DNA of 32,000 nucleotides from Methanopyrus kandleri AV19 (GTDB lineage Archaea; JAADCQ01; Methanopyri; Methanopyrales; Methanopyraceae). The notes below the pieces were generated by a model that was not told where the DNA came from, made no database searches, and worked only from the letters and a program-made list of their open reading frames with translations. The translations under genes were made by a program, and so were the position numbers. Shown here one piece after another: positions 1 through 8,403 of this stretch. Each line of letters opens with the position of its first letter. Position 1 is the stretch's first letter. Location: contig NC_003551.1 of assembly GCF_000007185.1 (NCBI RefSeq), positions 840,001-872,000 on the forward strand. The letters run 5' to 3'.

Positions 1-1106
1 GCTCCGAACTTCCTCCTACCGGTATCCTCGAGCTCGCCCTTGACTACTACTTTCACGTTGCGTTCATCGTGTCTGAGGTTGGCGATGATGGTACCGGCTC
101 CCAGGTTGCACTTGGCCCCGATAACGCTGTCTCCCACGTAGGAGAGGTGGCTGACGTTCGTCCCCTCCATGATTATTGAGTTCTTGATTTCGACGGCTTG
201 GCCGATGCGGACGTCCCGGACCAGCGTCGTCGCCGGTCGGATGTAGCAGTTGGGTCCGATTTCGCACCCCGGGCCTATATAGGCGGGCCCTTCGACTACG
301 GCTCCCGACCTGAGGATCGCATCCTCGGCTACCCACACCGGTCCTCTCAGCTCCACGTTCTCCTCGATGACTCCTTCAACCTCGGGACGCGACATCGCGT
401 TCCGAAGTGCCCAAGCGTTGGCGTCGAGTAGGTCCCACGGGCGACCTACGTCGGACCAGAACCCGTCGTACGAAATCCCTAGAACACCTTCATCGATGGC
501 GGCGTCGAGCAGCGCATCGGTGATCTCGAACTCGCCCCGCGGAGAGGGTTTGACTCGTTCCAAAAACCTCTCGAACTCCGGTTCCGCCACGTACACTCCC
601 GCGTTCGCCAGGTTGGAGGGAGCCTCCTCGGGCTTGGGTTTCTCCACGAGCTCCACCACGTACCCGTCTTGTAGTCTCGCGACCCCGAATTCCGACGGAT
701 CCTCGACCTCCACTAGCACCATTGAGGCGACGCCTTCGTGCTCACGTACCGCGCGCTCGAGCAACTCCGAATCGAACACCAAGTCCCCGTTTGTGATGAC
801 CACGGTCTCGTCGGGTTCGATCTCCCGCCACGCGACGTACACAGCGTGGGCTGTTCCCAGGGGCTTACCCTGACGGACGAACTCCAGCTCGAAGGAATCG
901 CCCCAGCGATCCTTGACGTACCGTTCCACCTTCTCGGCCAGGTATTCCACGACCACCACGAGGTGTTCCACTCCGATGCGCTTCATGGCCTCGATGGAGA
1001 AGTCGATAAGACGGCGATCGGCCACCGGCAGGAGGACCTTCGGCCGTGTCTTCGTCAGCGGTCGCATCCGGGTACCTTCGCCCGCCGCGAGCACGATACC
1101 GATCAT
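1..1106 (-). CDS. glmU: Bifunctional sugar-1-phosphate nucleotidyltransferase/acetyltransferase, archaeal GlmU-like (UDP-GlcNAc synthesis). The 3' end runs off the window.
   Basis: Absent from the ORF track because there is no stop inside the window. My translation of the minus strand from ATG 1106 stays open to nt 1. It begins MIGIVLAAGEGTRMRPLTKTRPKVLLPV, which carries the G-x-G-T-R...P-K nucleotidyltransferase loop. It continues with hexapeptide (left-handed beta-helix) repeats: IGPNCYIRPATTLVRDVRIGQAVEIKNSIIMEGTNVSHLSYVGDSVIGAKCNLGAGTIIAN. The start overlaps the glmM stop as ATGA at 1103-1106. Confidence 0.8.
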   Translation of the reverse strand, partial: MIGIVLAAGEGTRMRPLTKTRPKVLLPVADRRLIDFSIEAMKRIGVEHLVVVVEYLAEKVERYVKDRWGDSFELEFVRQGKPLGTAHAVYVAWREIEPDETVVITNGDLVFDSELLERAVREHEGVASMVLVEVEDPSEFGVARLQDGYVVELVEKPKPEEAPSNLANAGVYVAEPEFERFLERVKPSPRGEFEITDALLDAAIDEGVLGISYDGFWSDVGRPWDLLDANAWALRNAMSRPEVEGVIEENVELRGPVWVAEDAILRSGAVVEGPAYIGPGCEIGPNCYIRPATTLVRDVRIGQAVEIKNSIIMEGTNVSHLSYVGDSVIGAKCNLGAGTIIANLRHDERNVKVVVKGELEDTGRRKFG

Positions 1107-2461
1107 TCCCTCACCTCCTCGACACACCTGCGGACGATATCGACGAACTCATCCCTGAGCTCTCGGGCGCGTTCCTCGGACTCCGCCTCCACCGTTATCC
1201 GTATGAGCGGTTCGGTGCCGGAGGGCCTGACGAGCACCCAGCCATCGTCCAGTTCGACACGAACGCCGTCTACGGTATCGATGTCGTCGTAAGCCTCCCG
1301 GAGGCGCGTCTCCACCAGCCTCATCACTTCGGGCTTGAGCTCGTCGGGACACTCGACGGTTTCGCGCACGACCGGGTAGCTCGGGATCTCGGCTAACAGT
1401 TCCGAGAGCGGTCGCCCTTCCTCGATCAGCAAGCTCACCATCCACGCCGCGGAGAGCGGACCGTCGGGGCACATGTGTACGTCCGGGTGTATCCAGGTTC
1501 CGTTCGGTTCCCCTCCGAAGACGCATCCTTCCTCCCGTATCGCGGCGGCTACGTGGACGTCTCCCACTTTGGTCCTCACCACCTCGCCGCCCATCTCGCG
1601 GACTACCTCGTCGATAACCATCGAAGCATCGACGTTCACGGCGACCTTCCCTGGACCCTTCTCCTCGAGGATTCGCCGGCACACCAACGCCAGCACTTCG
1701 TCGTACCCGGCGAACTTACCTTCCTCGGTGACGAAAACTACACGATCAGCGTCCCCGTCGTGGGCGATCCCCAGATCAGCATCCGTCGCCCGCACGGTTC
1801 GCATGAGGTCCTTCAGGTTCTCGGGCTTCGGCTCCGGTTCCCGGCCCGGGAAGTGTCCATCAGGATGCGCGTTTAGAGAGATTACCTCGCACCCCATCTC
1901 GCGGAGTACTACCGGAGTGACGAACGCGGAGGGGCCGTTGGCACAGTCCACCACGATGCGTAGCCCGTCCCCGTCGACGGAGACCTCGTCCAGTATCCTC
2001 TCCACGTGTACGTTCAACGCCGTCTCGTCGTCGACCACCTCACCGTACTCGTCCCAATTCGGGTACTCCAGATCGCCGTCCATGATCTGCTCTATTTCAC
2101 GCTCTTGTTCGGGCGAGAACGCCATTCCGTCAGAGTCCCAGAACTTTATCCCGTTGTACTCGGGAGGATTGTGGGAAGCTGTGATCATTACACCGGCGTC
2201 GAGACCCTCAGTCGCCACGTAACAACCCAGAGTCGGTGTGCACACTACCCCGATGTCTACAACATCACATCCTTGGGCGGTCAGTCCTGAGATCACGGCT
2301 GCGCGAAGGGCATCGCAGTGTACCCGGGTGTCGCGACCTACGGCAACCGTGCCGCCACCCAAGTACTCGCCGAGAGCGCGTCCAGCTCGAAGTGCGAGCT
2401 CTGGAGTTAGGAACTCCCCTACTCTACCGCGGATACCGGACGTACCGAAGTATTTACCCAC
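1103..2461 (-). CDS. glmM: Phosphoglucosamine mutase / phosphohexomutase family
   Basis: Active-site phosphoserine loop TASHNPPEYNGIKF and metal loop AHDGDADRVVF. The N-terminus GKYFGTSGIRGRVG is typical of the family. I place the start at GTG 2461. The track ORF extends to 2605 through an S/T-rich, non-homologous extension. It is coupled to the glmU-like gene downstream, the same pairing I recall for the glmM/glmU genes of Methanocaldococcus. Confidence 0.8.
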   Translation of the reverse strand: MGKYFGTSGIRGRVGEFLTPELALRAGRALGEYLGGGTVAVGRDTRVHCDALRAAVISGLTAQGCDVVDIGVVCTPTLGCYVATEGLDAGVMITASHNPPEYNGIKFWDSDGMAFSPEQEREIEQIMDGDLEYPNWDEYGEVVDDETALNVHVERILDEVSVDGDGLRIVVDCANGPSAFVTPVVLREMGCEVISLNAHPDGHFPGREPEPKPENLKDLMRTVRATDADLGIAHDGDADRVVFVTEEGKFAGYDEVLALVCRRILEEKGPGKVAVNVDASMVIDEVVREMGGEVVRTKVGDVHVAAAIREEGCVFGGEPNGTWIHPDVHMCPDGPLSAAWMVSLLIEEGRPLSELLAEIPSYPVVRETVECPDELKPEVMRLVETRLREAYDDIDTVDGVRVELDDGWVLVRPSGTEPLIRITVEAESEERARELRDEFVDIVRRCVEEVRE

Positions 2462-2474
2462 GGGGGGTCCCCCT

Positions 2475-3281
2475 TTGTTCGCGTTCCTACTCGCCGGGGA
2501 TAACGTTGAGTTGGCGCTAATGGAATTAAAGGGCGCGCTCCGGGCGGAGGTCGGCGAGATCGAAGTCGAGGTCCACGATCGGGTCGCGGTGGTCGAAGGA
2601 CTCACTGACGAGGAGGCGGAGCGGGTCGTCCGGCGGCTCGCCCGGACGCATGCGGTCTACCGGGTCGGCGAGGGGAGGGTCAGGGTCGAGATTGGGGGTG
2701 AGCGTAGACCAGTCCGGCTCCTCGCGGAGCGTGAGAAGCTGTCCGATCGTAAGCCGCACAAGCGCCCCGAGTTCATGCCCGACTCCACGGAGCCTTTCCT
2801 GGCCCGGGTCCTGGTCAACCTGGCCGAGGCGCGGCGCGGGGAGCGCTTACTGGACCCGATGTGCAACGTGGGCGGTATCCTCATCGAGGCGGGACTGATC
2901 GGCTGCGTGCCCGTCGGGGTGGAGGTCCGGGAGGAACTCGTGGAGCGGACCGAGCGTAACCTGCGGCACTACAGGATCGAGGAGTACGAGCTACACACGG
3001 GTCGGGCGGAGGAGGTAGACGAGATCCTAGACGAGCCCGTCCAGGCCGCCGCCGTGGACCCGCCATACGGCCGCTCTTCGTACATCGAGGGCGGGCCGGT
3101 GGAGCGGCTGCTACTCAACACGTTGGACGCGTTGTCTGAGGTGGTCGAGGGCAAGGTCTCCCTGACCGCGCCCGTGGACGCCTGGGAAGAAGTTAAAGAG
3201 AGTGTGAAGAGGGTAGAGGGCGAGGTTCGGGACCGGGTCCACGGCAGCCTTACCCGGGTCATCGCCGTCGTCGTGCCTTAG
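2475..3281 (+). CDS. trm11: tRNA (guanine-N2)-methyltransferase, aTrm11/Trm-G10-like
   Basis: SAM-binding motif LLDPMCNVGGILIEAGLIG and catalytic motif AAAVDPPYGRSS. The N-terminal (M)FAFLLAGDNVELALMELKGAL resembles Trm-G10 N-termini. The start is uncertain: TTG 2475 is favoured and the first ATG is at 2520. The track ORF from 2238 is over-extended. Confidence 0.75.
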   Translation: MFAFLLAGDNVELALMELKGALRAEVGEIEVEVHDRVAVVEGLTDEEAERVVRRLARTHAVYRVGEGRVRVEIGGERRPVRLLAEREKLSDRKPHKRPEFMPDSTEPFLARVLVNLAEARRGERLLDPMCNVGGILIEAGLIGCVPVGVEVREELVERTERNLRHYRIEEYELHTGRAEEVDEILDEPVQAAAVDPPYGRSSYIEGGPVERLLLNTLDALSEVVEGKVSLTAPVDAWEEVKESVKRVEGEVRDRVHGSLTRVIAVVVP

Positions 3282-3283
3282 CG

Positions 3284-3333
3284 GTGATGACCGCGGACCG
3301 CTCCTGATCTGTGATGAGTTTTCGGGGAGCTGA
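3284..3333 (+). ncRNA. C/D-box sRNA (2'-O-methylation guide)
   Basis: C box GUGAUGA at 3284-3290, then a 13-nt guide CCGCGGACCGCUC. D' box CUGA at 3304-3307, then a UCU loop. C' box GUGAUGA at 3311-3317, then a 12-nt guide GUUUUCGGGGAG. D box CUGA at 3330-3333. It fills the whole 52-nt convergent gap. Confidence 0.75.
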
Positions 3334-4707
3334 TCACCGGCTCAGGTACGACAGCACCGCGCGGATCCCGGACTTAACGATCCGCTTGAACAGGAACAGC
3401 TTGCCCTCTCGCAGCGCGTTCAGCAGGTACCGGGGGTTCAGGTAGAACGACAGGTACGCGCGCTGCAGCAGGCGCCCCAGCTCCCTGGTGCTCAGGTGCT
3501 CAGTCCTCATCACCGGATCTACCGTGGTATACTTCGACCAGTCGTGAACCTCGATCAGTCCCCTCTCCTTGGCGAGGTCGTACAGCGGCGTTCCCGGGTA
3601 GGGCGTGCACACCGTGAACTGCACGTAGTCCGGCTCGAGGCGGCGCGCGAACTTGATCGTCCTGAAGACGTCCTCGCGATCCTCCCATGGGAACCCCAGG
3701 ATGAATGATAATAAGATCCTGAGTCCGTGCCTTTTCGCCACCTTACGGCACGCGATGACGTCCTGGACGGTGATCCCCTTGTTGATGCGTTTCAGGGTTT
3801 CGTTGCTGGCCGATTCGGCCCCGACGTATACCGTGCGGCACCCGTGCTCGCGTATCGTGCGGGCGAGCTCCGGCGTGAGCGTGTCCGCGCGGGCGCCGCA
3901 GTCCCACGGGACGTCGATACCTTCCTCCCTCATTTTCTCACATATCTCCCGCACCCTTCGCTTATGGGCAGTAAACACGTCGTCGACGAACTCGAGTCGC
4001 TCCACTCCCAGCTCTTCCACCAAGTAAGAGATCTCCTCGACCACCCGATCCGGGCTCTTCCCTCGCCACTTGGGTCCGAAGATCCTGGAGGAGGCGCAGA
4101 AGAGGCACCGGAACGGGCAGCCGCGGCTCGTGATGACGGGGACGAACCGGACGCTGTCCGCGGAGTACTGGTCCAGGTCTACCTTGTCGTACGCCGGGAG
4201 CGGTAGCGAATCTAGGTCTTCCGGCTCCTGTCGGTCGGGATTTCGAACAATTTTAGAGCCCTCCCTGTAGGTGATTCCGGGAATATTCGAAAGGTCTGAC
4301 TCCTCCCACCGATCTACGGCCTCCAGTACCTCGACAGTCGTCGATTCTCCCTCGCCCCGGATTACCACGTCGGCAGGGCTTTCCCTGAGGGCCTCTCGGT
4401 CCATGAAGGTGGGGTGCGGGCCGCCCAGAAACACGAATGCCCCCTCATCCTTTGCCAGCTTCGCGACCTTGTACGCCGACGGCGCCACCGGGGTCGTGGC
4501 CGTTATCCCTACCGCGTCGTAGCCTCTGATCCTTCCCCGTAGGTCCTCCATCTCAACACCTTCGGCGGGACAGTCCAGGATGTCGACGGAGAACCCTTCC
4601 TTCTCGAGCTTGGCGGCCAGGTAGACTAGTCCGATCGGGAATCCCCGTACTCCCAGCACGCGGGCGATGTCGTCCTCGAACGGAGGTTGAACCAACAAGA
4701 CTTTCAC
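3334..4707 (-). CDS. B12-binding-domain radical SAM protein (class B), substrate unknown
   Basis: The N-terminal MKVLLVQPPF...FPIGLVYLAAKLEKEGFSVDILD is a cobalamin-binding Rossmann-like domain. The rSAM cluster motif is SRGCPFRCLFCAS (CxxxCxxC). The GTG start overlaps the upstream gene's stop as GTGA at 4704-4707. Confidence 0.85.
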   Translation of the reverse strand: MKVLLVQPPFEDDIARVLGVRGFPIGLVYLAAKLEKEGFSVDILDCPAEGVEMEDLRGRIRGYDAVGITATTPVAPSAYKVAKLAKDEGAFVFLGGPHPTFMDREALRESPADVVIRGEGESTTVEVLEAVDRWEESDLSNIPGITYREGSKIVRNPDRQEPEDLDSLPLPAYDKVDLDQYSADSVRFVPVITSRGCPFRCLFCASSRIFGPKWRGKSPDRVVEEISYLVEELGVERLEFVDDVFTAHKRRVREICEKMREEGIDVPWDCGARADTLTPELARTIREHGCRTVYVGAESASNETLKRINKGITVQDVIACRKVAKRHGLRILLSFILGFPWEDREDVFRTIKFARRLEPDYVQFTVCTPYPGTPLYDLAKERGLIEVHDWSKYTTVDPVMRTEHLSTRELGRLLQRAYLSFYLNPRYLLNALREGKLFLFKRIVKSGIRAVLSYLSR

Positions 4708-6110
4708 TTGTTAGCATCCCCCACTAGGACACAGCCCGGGTCGGGCCCCTCCACCTTGCCCGTGATCGCGTACGCACGGGCCCGGCATCCGCCGCACACG
4801 TACCGGTACTTGCACTCGCCGCAGGGCTTCTCCAGCTCGTCACGGTTTCGGCACGCCCAGAGCACCTCGTGTTCCCACAACTCCTCCGGATCGTCCTCCA
4901 GTATGTTCCCGATCTTAACTGGCAAGAACACGCACGGCTGGACGTCACCGTTCGGCCGGATGGCCAGCAGGCATCGGCCGGCGCCGCACCCCCCGATAAA
5001 CTCGACGAGGGGCTCGATCCAGCGGCCCTCGCCCGCGTACGCGAAGTGGGTTCCGTAGAGTACGCCTCCCTCCCCCGACTCGGTCATCTGCAGGCTCACT
5101 CGGGACATCTGCGGCGCGGTGGAGTAGATCATCAGGTCCCGGTCCAGGGCCTCCCGAACGAGCATCTTGAGCACCTCCTCCCGGACCTCAGGCGGCGGGT
5201 CCAGCTCCGGGCAGAACCGACCCTGGCCCGTGGGGATGAAGTTGAACACTGCGATCCCGTCGGCTCCGAGCTCCTCCGCGAGATCCAGCATCTGCGGGAG
5301 CTCGTCCACGTTGTTCCGGTGCACGGTGAAGGCGATCACGGTGATCATGTCCGTCTCGGCGCAGTGACGAACGCCCTCAACCGTTCGTTCCCAGGCACCC
5401 TTGACGCCTCGGAACTTATCGTGCGTCTCGGGCCGAGCCCCGTCCAGGCTGATCTCGACGTACTCGACGCCCGCGGCCTCCAGCCGCTCCGCCGTGTCCC
5501 GGTCGATCAGGGTCCCGTTCGTGGCGAGCGCGGTGAACATCCCCTCGTTGGCGGAGGCCTCCGCCAGCTCGAAGAAGTCGTCCCGCATCAGCGGCTCGCC
5601 GCCGGAGAACGCCAGCCCCGGAACGTTCCACTCTGAGAACCGCTCGATGACTTCCAGCGCCCTCTCGGTGTCCAGCTCGCCGGGCGCGGGCTTGCCCGCC
5701 TCCGAGTAGCAGTGCTCGCAGCGCAGGTTACACAGCCCGGTCACGTCCCAGACCACGAGATACGGAGCGGCCGGGACGAACGGTTTCCGGACCCCGTACC
5801 GGTAGATCCCTAGCAGCGTCACGGCGATGCCTCGCCGGTAGGAGTCCAGCGAGAGGGCCTCCCGGACTGTCTCCTCGTCTACGCCGGCCGCCCGGGCCGT
5901 CTTCTCAACGAGCTTCTTCACCAATCGAGCCGTCGCCTTGCACTTCCAGCACGCGTCCTCCCGACCGCCATAAGCCACGTCCAGCGCGACCTTCACGCGC
6001 ACGTCTCCGCACGACTCGCACCGCTTGGCCCCCAGCTTCATCAGCCGCCGTGCCAGCTCCGAGTCCAGCACCCGGTTCAGCACACGGATGAACTCACCGA
6101 CCCTGGTCAT
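4704..6110 (-). CDS. Radical SAM protein with a C-terminal SPASM domain and an N-terminal Cys4 extension, substrate unknown
   Basis: rSAM motif GLCNLRCEHCYS. C-terminal auxiliary-cluster Cys pattern CGAGRC...PCVFLP...PCGECKYRYVCGGCRARAY. The first ~110 aa carry CESC-x19-CWKC. Confidence 0.85.
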   Translation of the reverse strand: MTRVGEFIRVLNRVLDSELARRLMKLGAKRCESCGDVRVKVALDVAYGGREDACWKCKATARLVKKLVEKTARAAGVDEETVREALSLDSYRRGIAVTLLGIYRYGVRKPFVPAAPYLVVWDVTGLCNLRCEHCYSEAGKPAPGELDTERALEVIERFSEWNVPGLAFSGGEPLMRDDFFELAEASANEGMFTALATNGTLIDRDTAERLEAAGVEYVEISLDGARPETHDKFRGVKGAWERTVEGVRHCAETDMITVIAFTVHRNNVDELPQMLDLAEELGADGIAVFNFIPTGQGRFCPELDPPPEVREEVLKMLVREALDRDLMIYSTAPQMSRVSLQMTESGEGGVLYGTHFAYAGEGRWIEPLVEFIGGCGAGRCLLAIRPNGDVQPCVFLPVKIGNILEDDPEELWEHEVLWACRNRDELEKPCGECKYRYVCGGCRARAYAITGKVEGPDPGCVLVGDANK

Positions 6111-6127
6111 GCGAAGCGCCCCCTACC

Positions 6128-7276
6128 TTAGTACACCTTCACCGGCTCGTAGAGCGTGGTGCGCTGCACGGGGGTGAAGCCCGCCTCCCGAATGATCTCC
6201 ACTATCTCCTCGGGCTCGAGCTGCTCGCCCTCGGTCGCTCCGGCCTCCCGGGAGATGTTCTCTTCCATGAGGGTGCCACCTAGATCGTTCGCCCCGGCGT
6301 GCAGCGTCATCTGAGCCAGCTTCACTCCGAGCTTCACCCAGGAAGCCTGTATGTTCGGAATCAACGGTCCGAAGTACAATCGGGCCACAGCGTGCACGAG
6401 TACGTCCGTCATACCCGATACTCCGGGTCGCGCCCCTCCTCGTCGGTAAATCGGTGCGTTCGAATGTACGAAGGAGAGCGGCACGAACTCCGTGAAGCCT
6501 CCCGTGTCCTCTTGGATCCCTCGAAGCCGCTTCATGTGGTCGATCCAGTCCCTCGGTGAGTCGATGTGACCGTACATCATAGTACAAGTGGTGGGAATTC
6601 CCAACTCGTGCGCGATCCTGATGATATGTTCCCACTCATCGGCTTCCAACTTATCAGGACATAGCCGCTTCCTCACCTCAGGGGAGAATATCTCCGCGGC
6701 CGTTCCGGGCATCGAATCGAGACCGGCTCGCTTCAGCTCTCGTAGTACGTCTTCGATGTCCTCTCCCGCCAGCTTGGCGCAGTACTTCACCTCCATCGGT
6801 GAGTACCCGTGCACGTGGATGTCCGGGGCTTGGGACTTGATCTCGTCCAACATTTCCAGGTAGTACTCAAACGTCGCCTCGGGATGCAGTCCGCCCTGAA
6901 GACATACTTCCGTAGCTCCAGCGTCACGGGCTTCCGCTGCCCGCTCGCCCACCTCCTCCGGCGTCATACGGTAAGCATCCGGGTCGTCCGGATCCCTCCG
7001 GAACGCACAGAATCGACATCTGTTAATGCACACGTTGGTGAAGTTGATGTTCCTGTTCACCACGAACGTGACGTGTTCACCGACGATCTTAAGTCGGGCC
7101 TCGTGTGCAGCCCGCATTACCTTGTACGGGTCCAGCTTACCCTGTAAGGCGTCCAACGCCGTTCCTTCGTCGATGCCACCGGCCACGGCCATGTTCACCA
7201 GCTCGTCGACGCTGACTTCATCGGGCGAATCCCTCATCGTCCGAGAGCCGCTCGACGACTTCTGAGATGTTGGCAT
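6128..7276 (-). CDS. cofH: FO synthase subunit 2 (7,8-didemethyl-8-hydroxy-5-deazariboflavin synthase, CofH)
   Basis: rSAM motif CINRCRFCAF and family C-terminus HAGANDLGGTLMEENISREAGA. It sits next to cofG. An alternative ATG start lies at 7237. It overlaps the cofG 3' end by 20-59 nt depending on the start. Confidence 0.85.
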   Translation of the reverse strand: MPTSQKSSSGSRTMRDSPDEVSVDELVNMAVAGGIDEGTALDALQGKLDPYKVMRAAHEARLKIVGEHVTFVVNRNINFTNVCINRCRFCAFRRDPDDPDAYRMTPEEVGERAAEARDAGATEVCLQGGLHPEATFEYYLEMLDEIKSQAPDIHVHGYSPMEVKYCAKLAGEDIEDVLRELKRAGLDSMPGTAAEIFSPEVRKRLCPDKLEADEWEHIIRIAHELGIPTTCTMMYGHIDSPRDWIDHMKRLRGIQEDTGGFTEFVPLSFVHSNAPIYRRGGARPGVSGMTDVLVHAVARLYFGPLIPNIQASWVKLGVKLAQMTLHAGANDLGGTLMEENISREAGATEGEQLEPEEIVEIIREAGFTPVQRTTLYEPVKVY

Positions 7277-8291
7277 GGTACCAGCCCCGACGGACGTACT
7301 CGGGGTAAATAGGGAGCCGCTCCCTTAACCTGAAACCGACGTCTTCGGTCAGTCTTTTCAGCTCCTCGATCTCGGGCCAGGGGGCTTCGGGGTTCACGTA
7401 ATCCTTCGTCACGGGGGAAACTCCGCCCCAGTCGTTCGCGCCCGCCAACAGCGCGAGCTGACCCGTCTCACGGTTCAGGTTCGGGGGTACTTGGACCGGA
7501 ACGTCCGGCAGTATCAGCCGCGCCGTCGCGACCGTCCGTAGTAAGTCGGCGGGTGTGGGTTCGGGGTGGTCCTCCATCGGGATTCCCGGTTTCGTCCTGA
7601 AGTTCTGAACGATCACCTCCTGAACGTGACCGTACCGCTCGTGCATTCTCTGGATCTCTTCCAAGGTCTTCACGCGTTCCTCCCACGTCTCGCCGATGCC
7701 GATCAGTATCCCGGTGGTGAAAGGTACTTTCAACTCCCCGGCGTATTTCAGCACCTTCAGACGCTCCTCGGGGCGCTTCCCGGGAGAGTGTTCGTGGGGA
7801 CCACTTTCCTCACACAACCGCTCCGATAGTATCTCCATCATGAGGCCCATGCTGGCGTTCCAACGACGCAGCTTCCGCATCTCCCGCTTCGTGATCACGC
7901 CGGGGTTGCTGTGCGGCAGCATGTCGTACTCCTCCACGCATCTACGGCAGAGGTCGACGAGGTACTCGACGGTGCTCGAATACCCGTGCTCCTCCAGCCA
8001 TTCGAGGGCCTCGTCGTACCGCTCCTCAGGGCGCTCTCCGAAGGTGAAGAGCACCTCCTTGCAACCGGCTTCCTTACCCTTCTCCACGATCTCGAAGACC
8101 TCTTCCGGGGAGAGATACGGCGACCTCACCTCCTCCGGTTCCCGACGGAAGGTGCAGTAAGCGCACCGATTCCGACATAACCGGGTGAGCGGTACGAACA
8201 CGTTCTTCGAGTAGGAAACCACCGTGCCGAACTTCTCCCTGGTCAACCGGTTCGCCCGGTCCATGAGCTCGAGGAGATCGTTGCCCTTCAA
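7218..8291 (-). CDS. cofG: FO synthase subunit 1 (CofG)
   Basis: VSYSKNVFVPLTRLCRNRCAYCTF is an rSAM motif in typical CofG context, and LLAGANDWGGVSPVTKDYVNPEAPWP is a CofG signature. The start is uncertain: TTG 8360 (track), TTG 8291 (chosen) or ATG 8264. I chose 8291 because a TATA-like GGATTAAA on the minus strand (8325-8332) lies 34-41 nt upstream of it. Confidence 0.8.
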   Translation of the reverse strand: MKGNDLLELMDRANRLTREKFGTVVSYSKNVFVPLTRLCRNRCAYCTFRREPEEVRSPYLSPEEVFEIVEKGKEAGCKEVLFTFGERPEERYDEALEWLEEHGYSSTVEYLVDLCRRCVEEYDMLPHSNPGVITKREMRKLRRWNASMGLMMEILSERLCEESGPHEHSPGKRPEERLKVLKYAGELKVPFTTGILIGIGETWEERVKTLEEIQRMHERYGHVQEVIVQNFRTKPGIPMEDHPEPTPADLLRTVATARLILPDVPVQVPPNLNRETGQLALLAGANDWGGVSPVTKDYVNPEAPWPEIEELKRLTEDVGFRLRERLPIYPEYVRRGWYHANISEVVERLSDDEGFAR

Positions 8292-8403
8292 ACGTCCGCC
8301 CCGGTCGCTTCGGTCACCCGCGGGGTTTAATCCTGAGCGCGTCGGGACAGACGTAATCAAGGGGTACGCGGCGGGCCCCTCGGAGGTCGTGGGGGCTGGG
8401 GAG

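Noticed and set aside
8224-8403. N-terminal extensions of track ORFs: ileS from 8224, alaS from 11550, thiI to 23934, glmM to 2605, and the trm11-like gene from 2238
   Set aside because: The extensions are non-homologous and R/S/P-rich, and they overlap neighbouring genes. Conserved N-termini begin at internal ATG, GTG or TTG codons.
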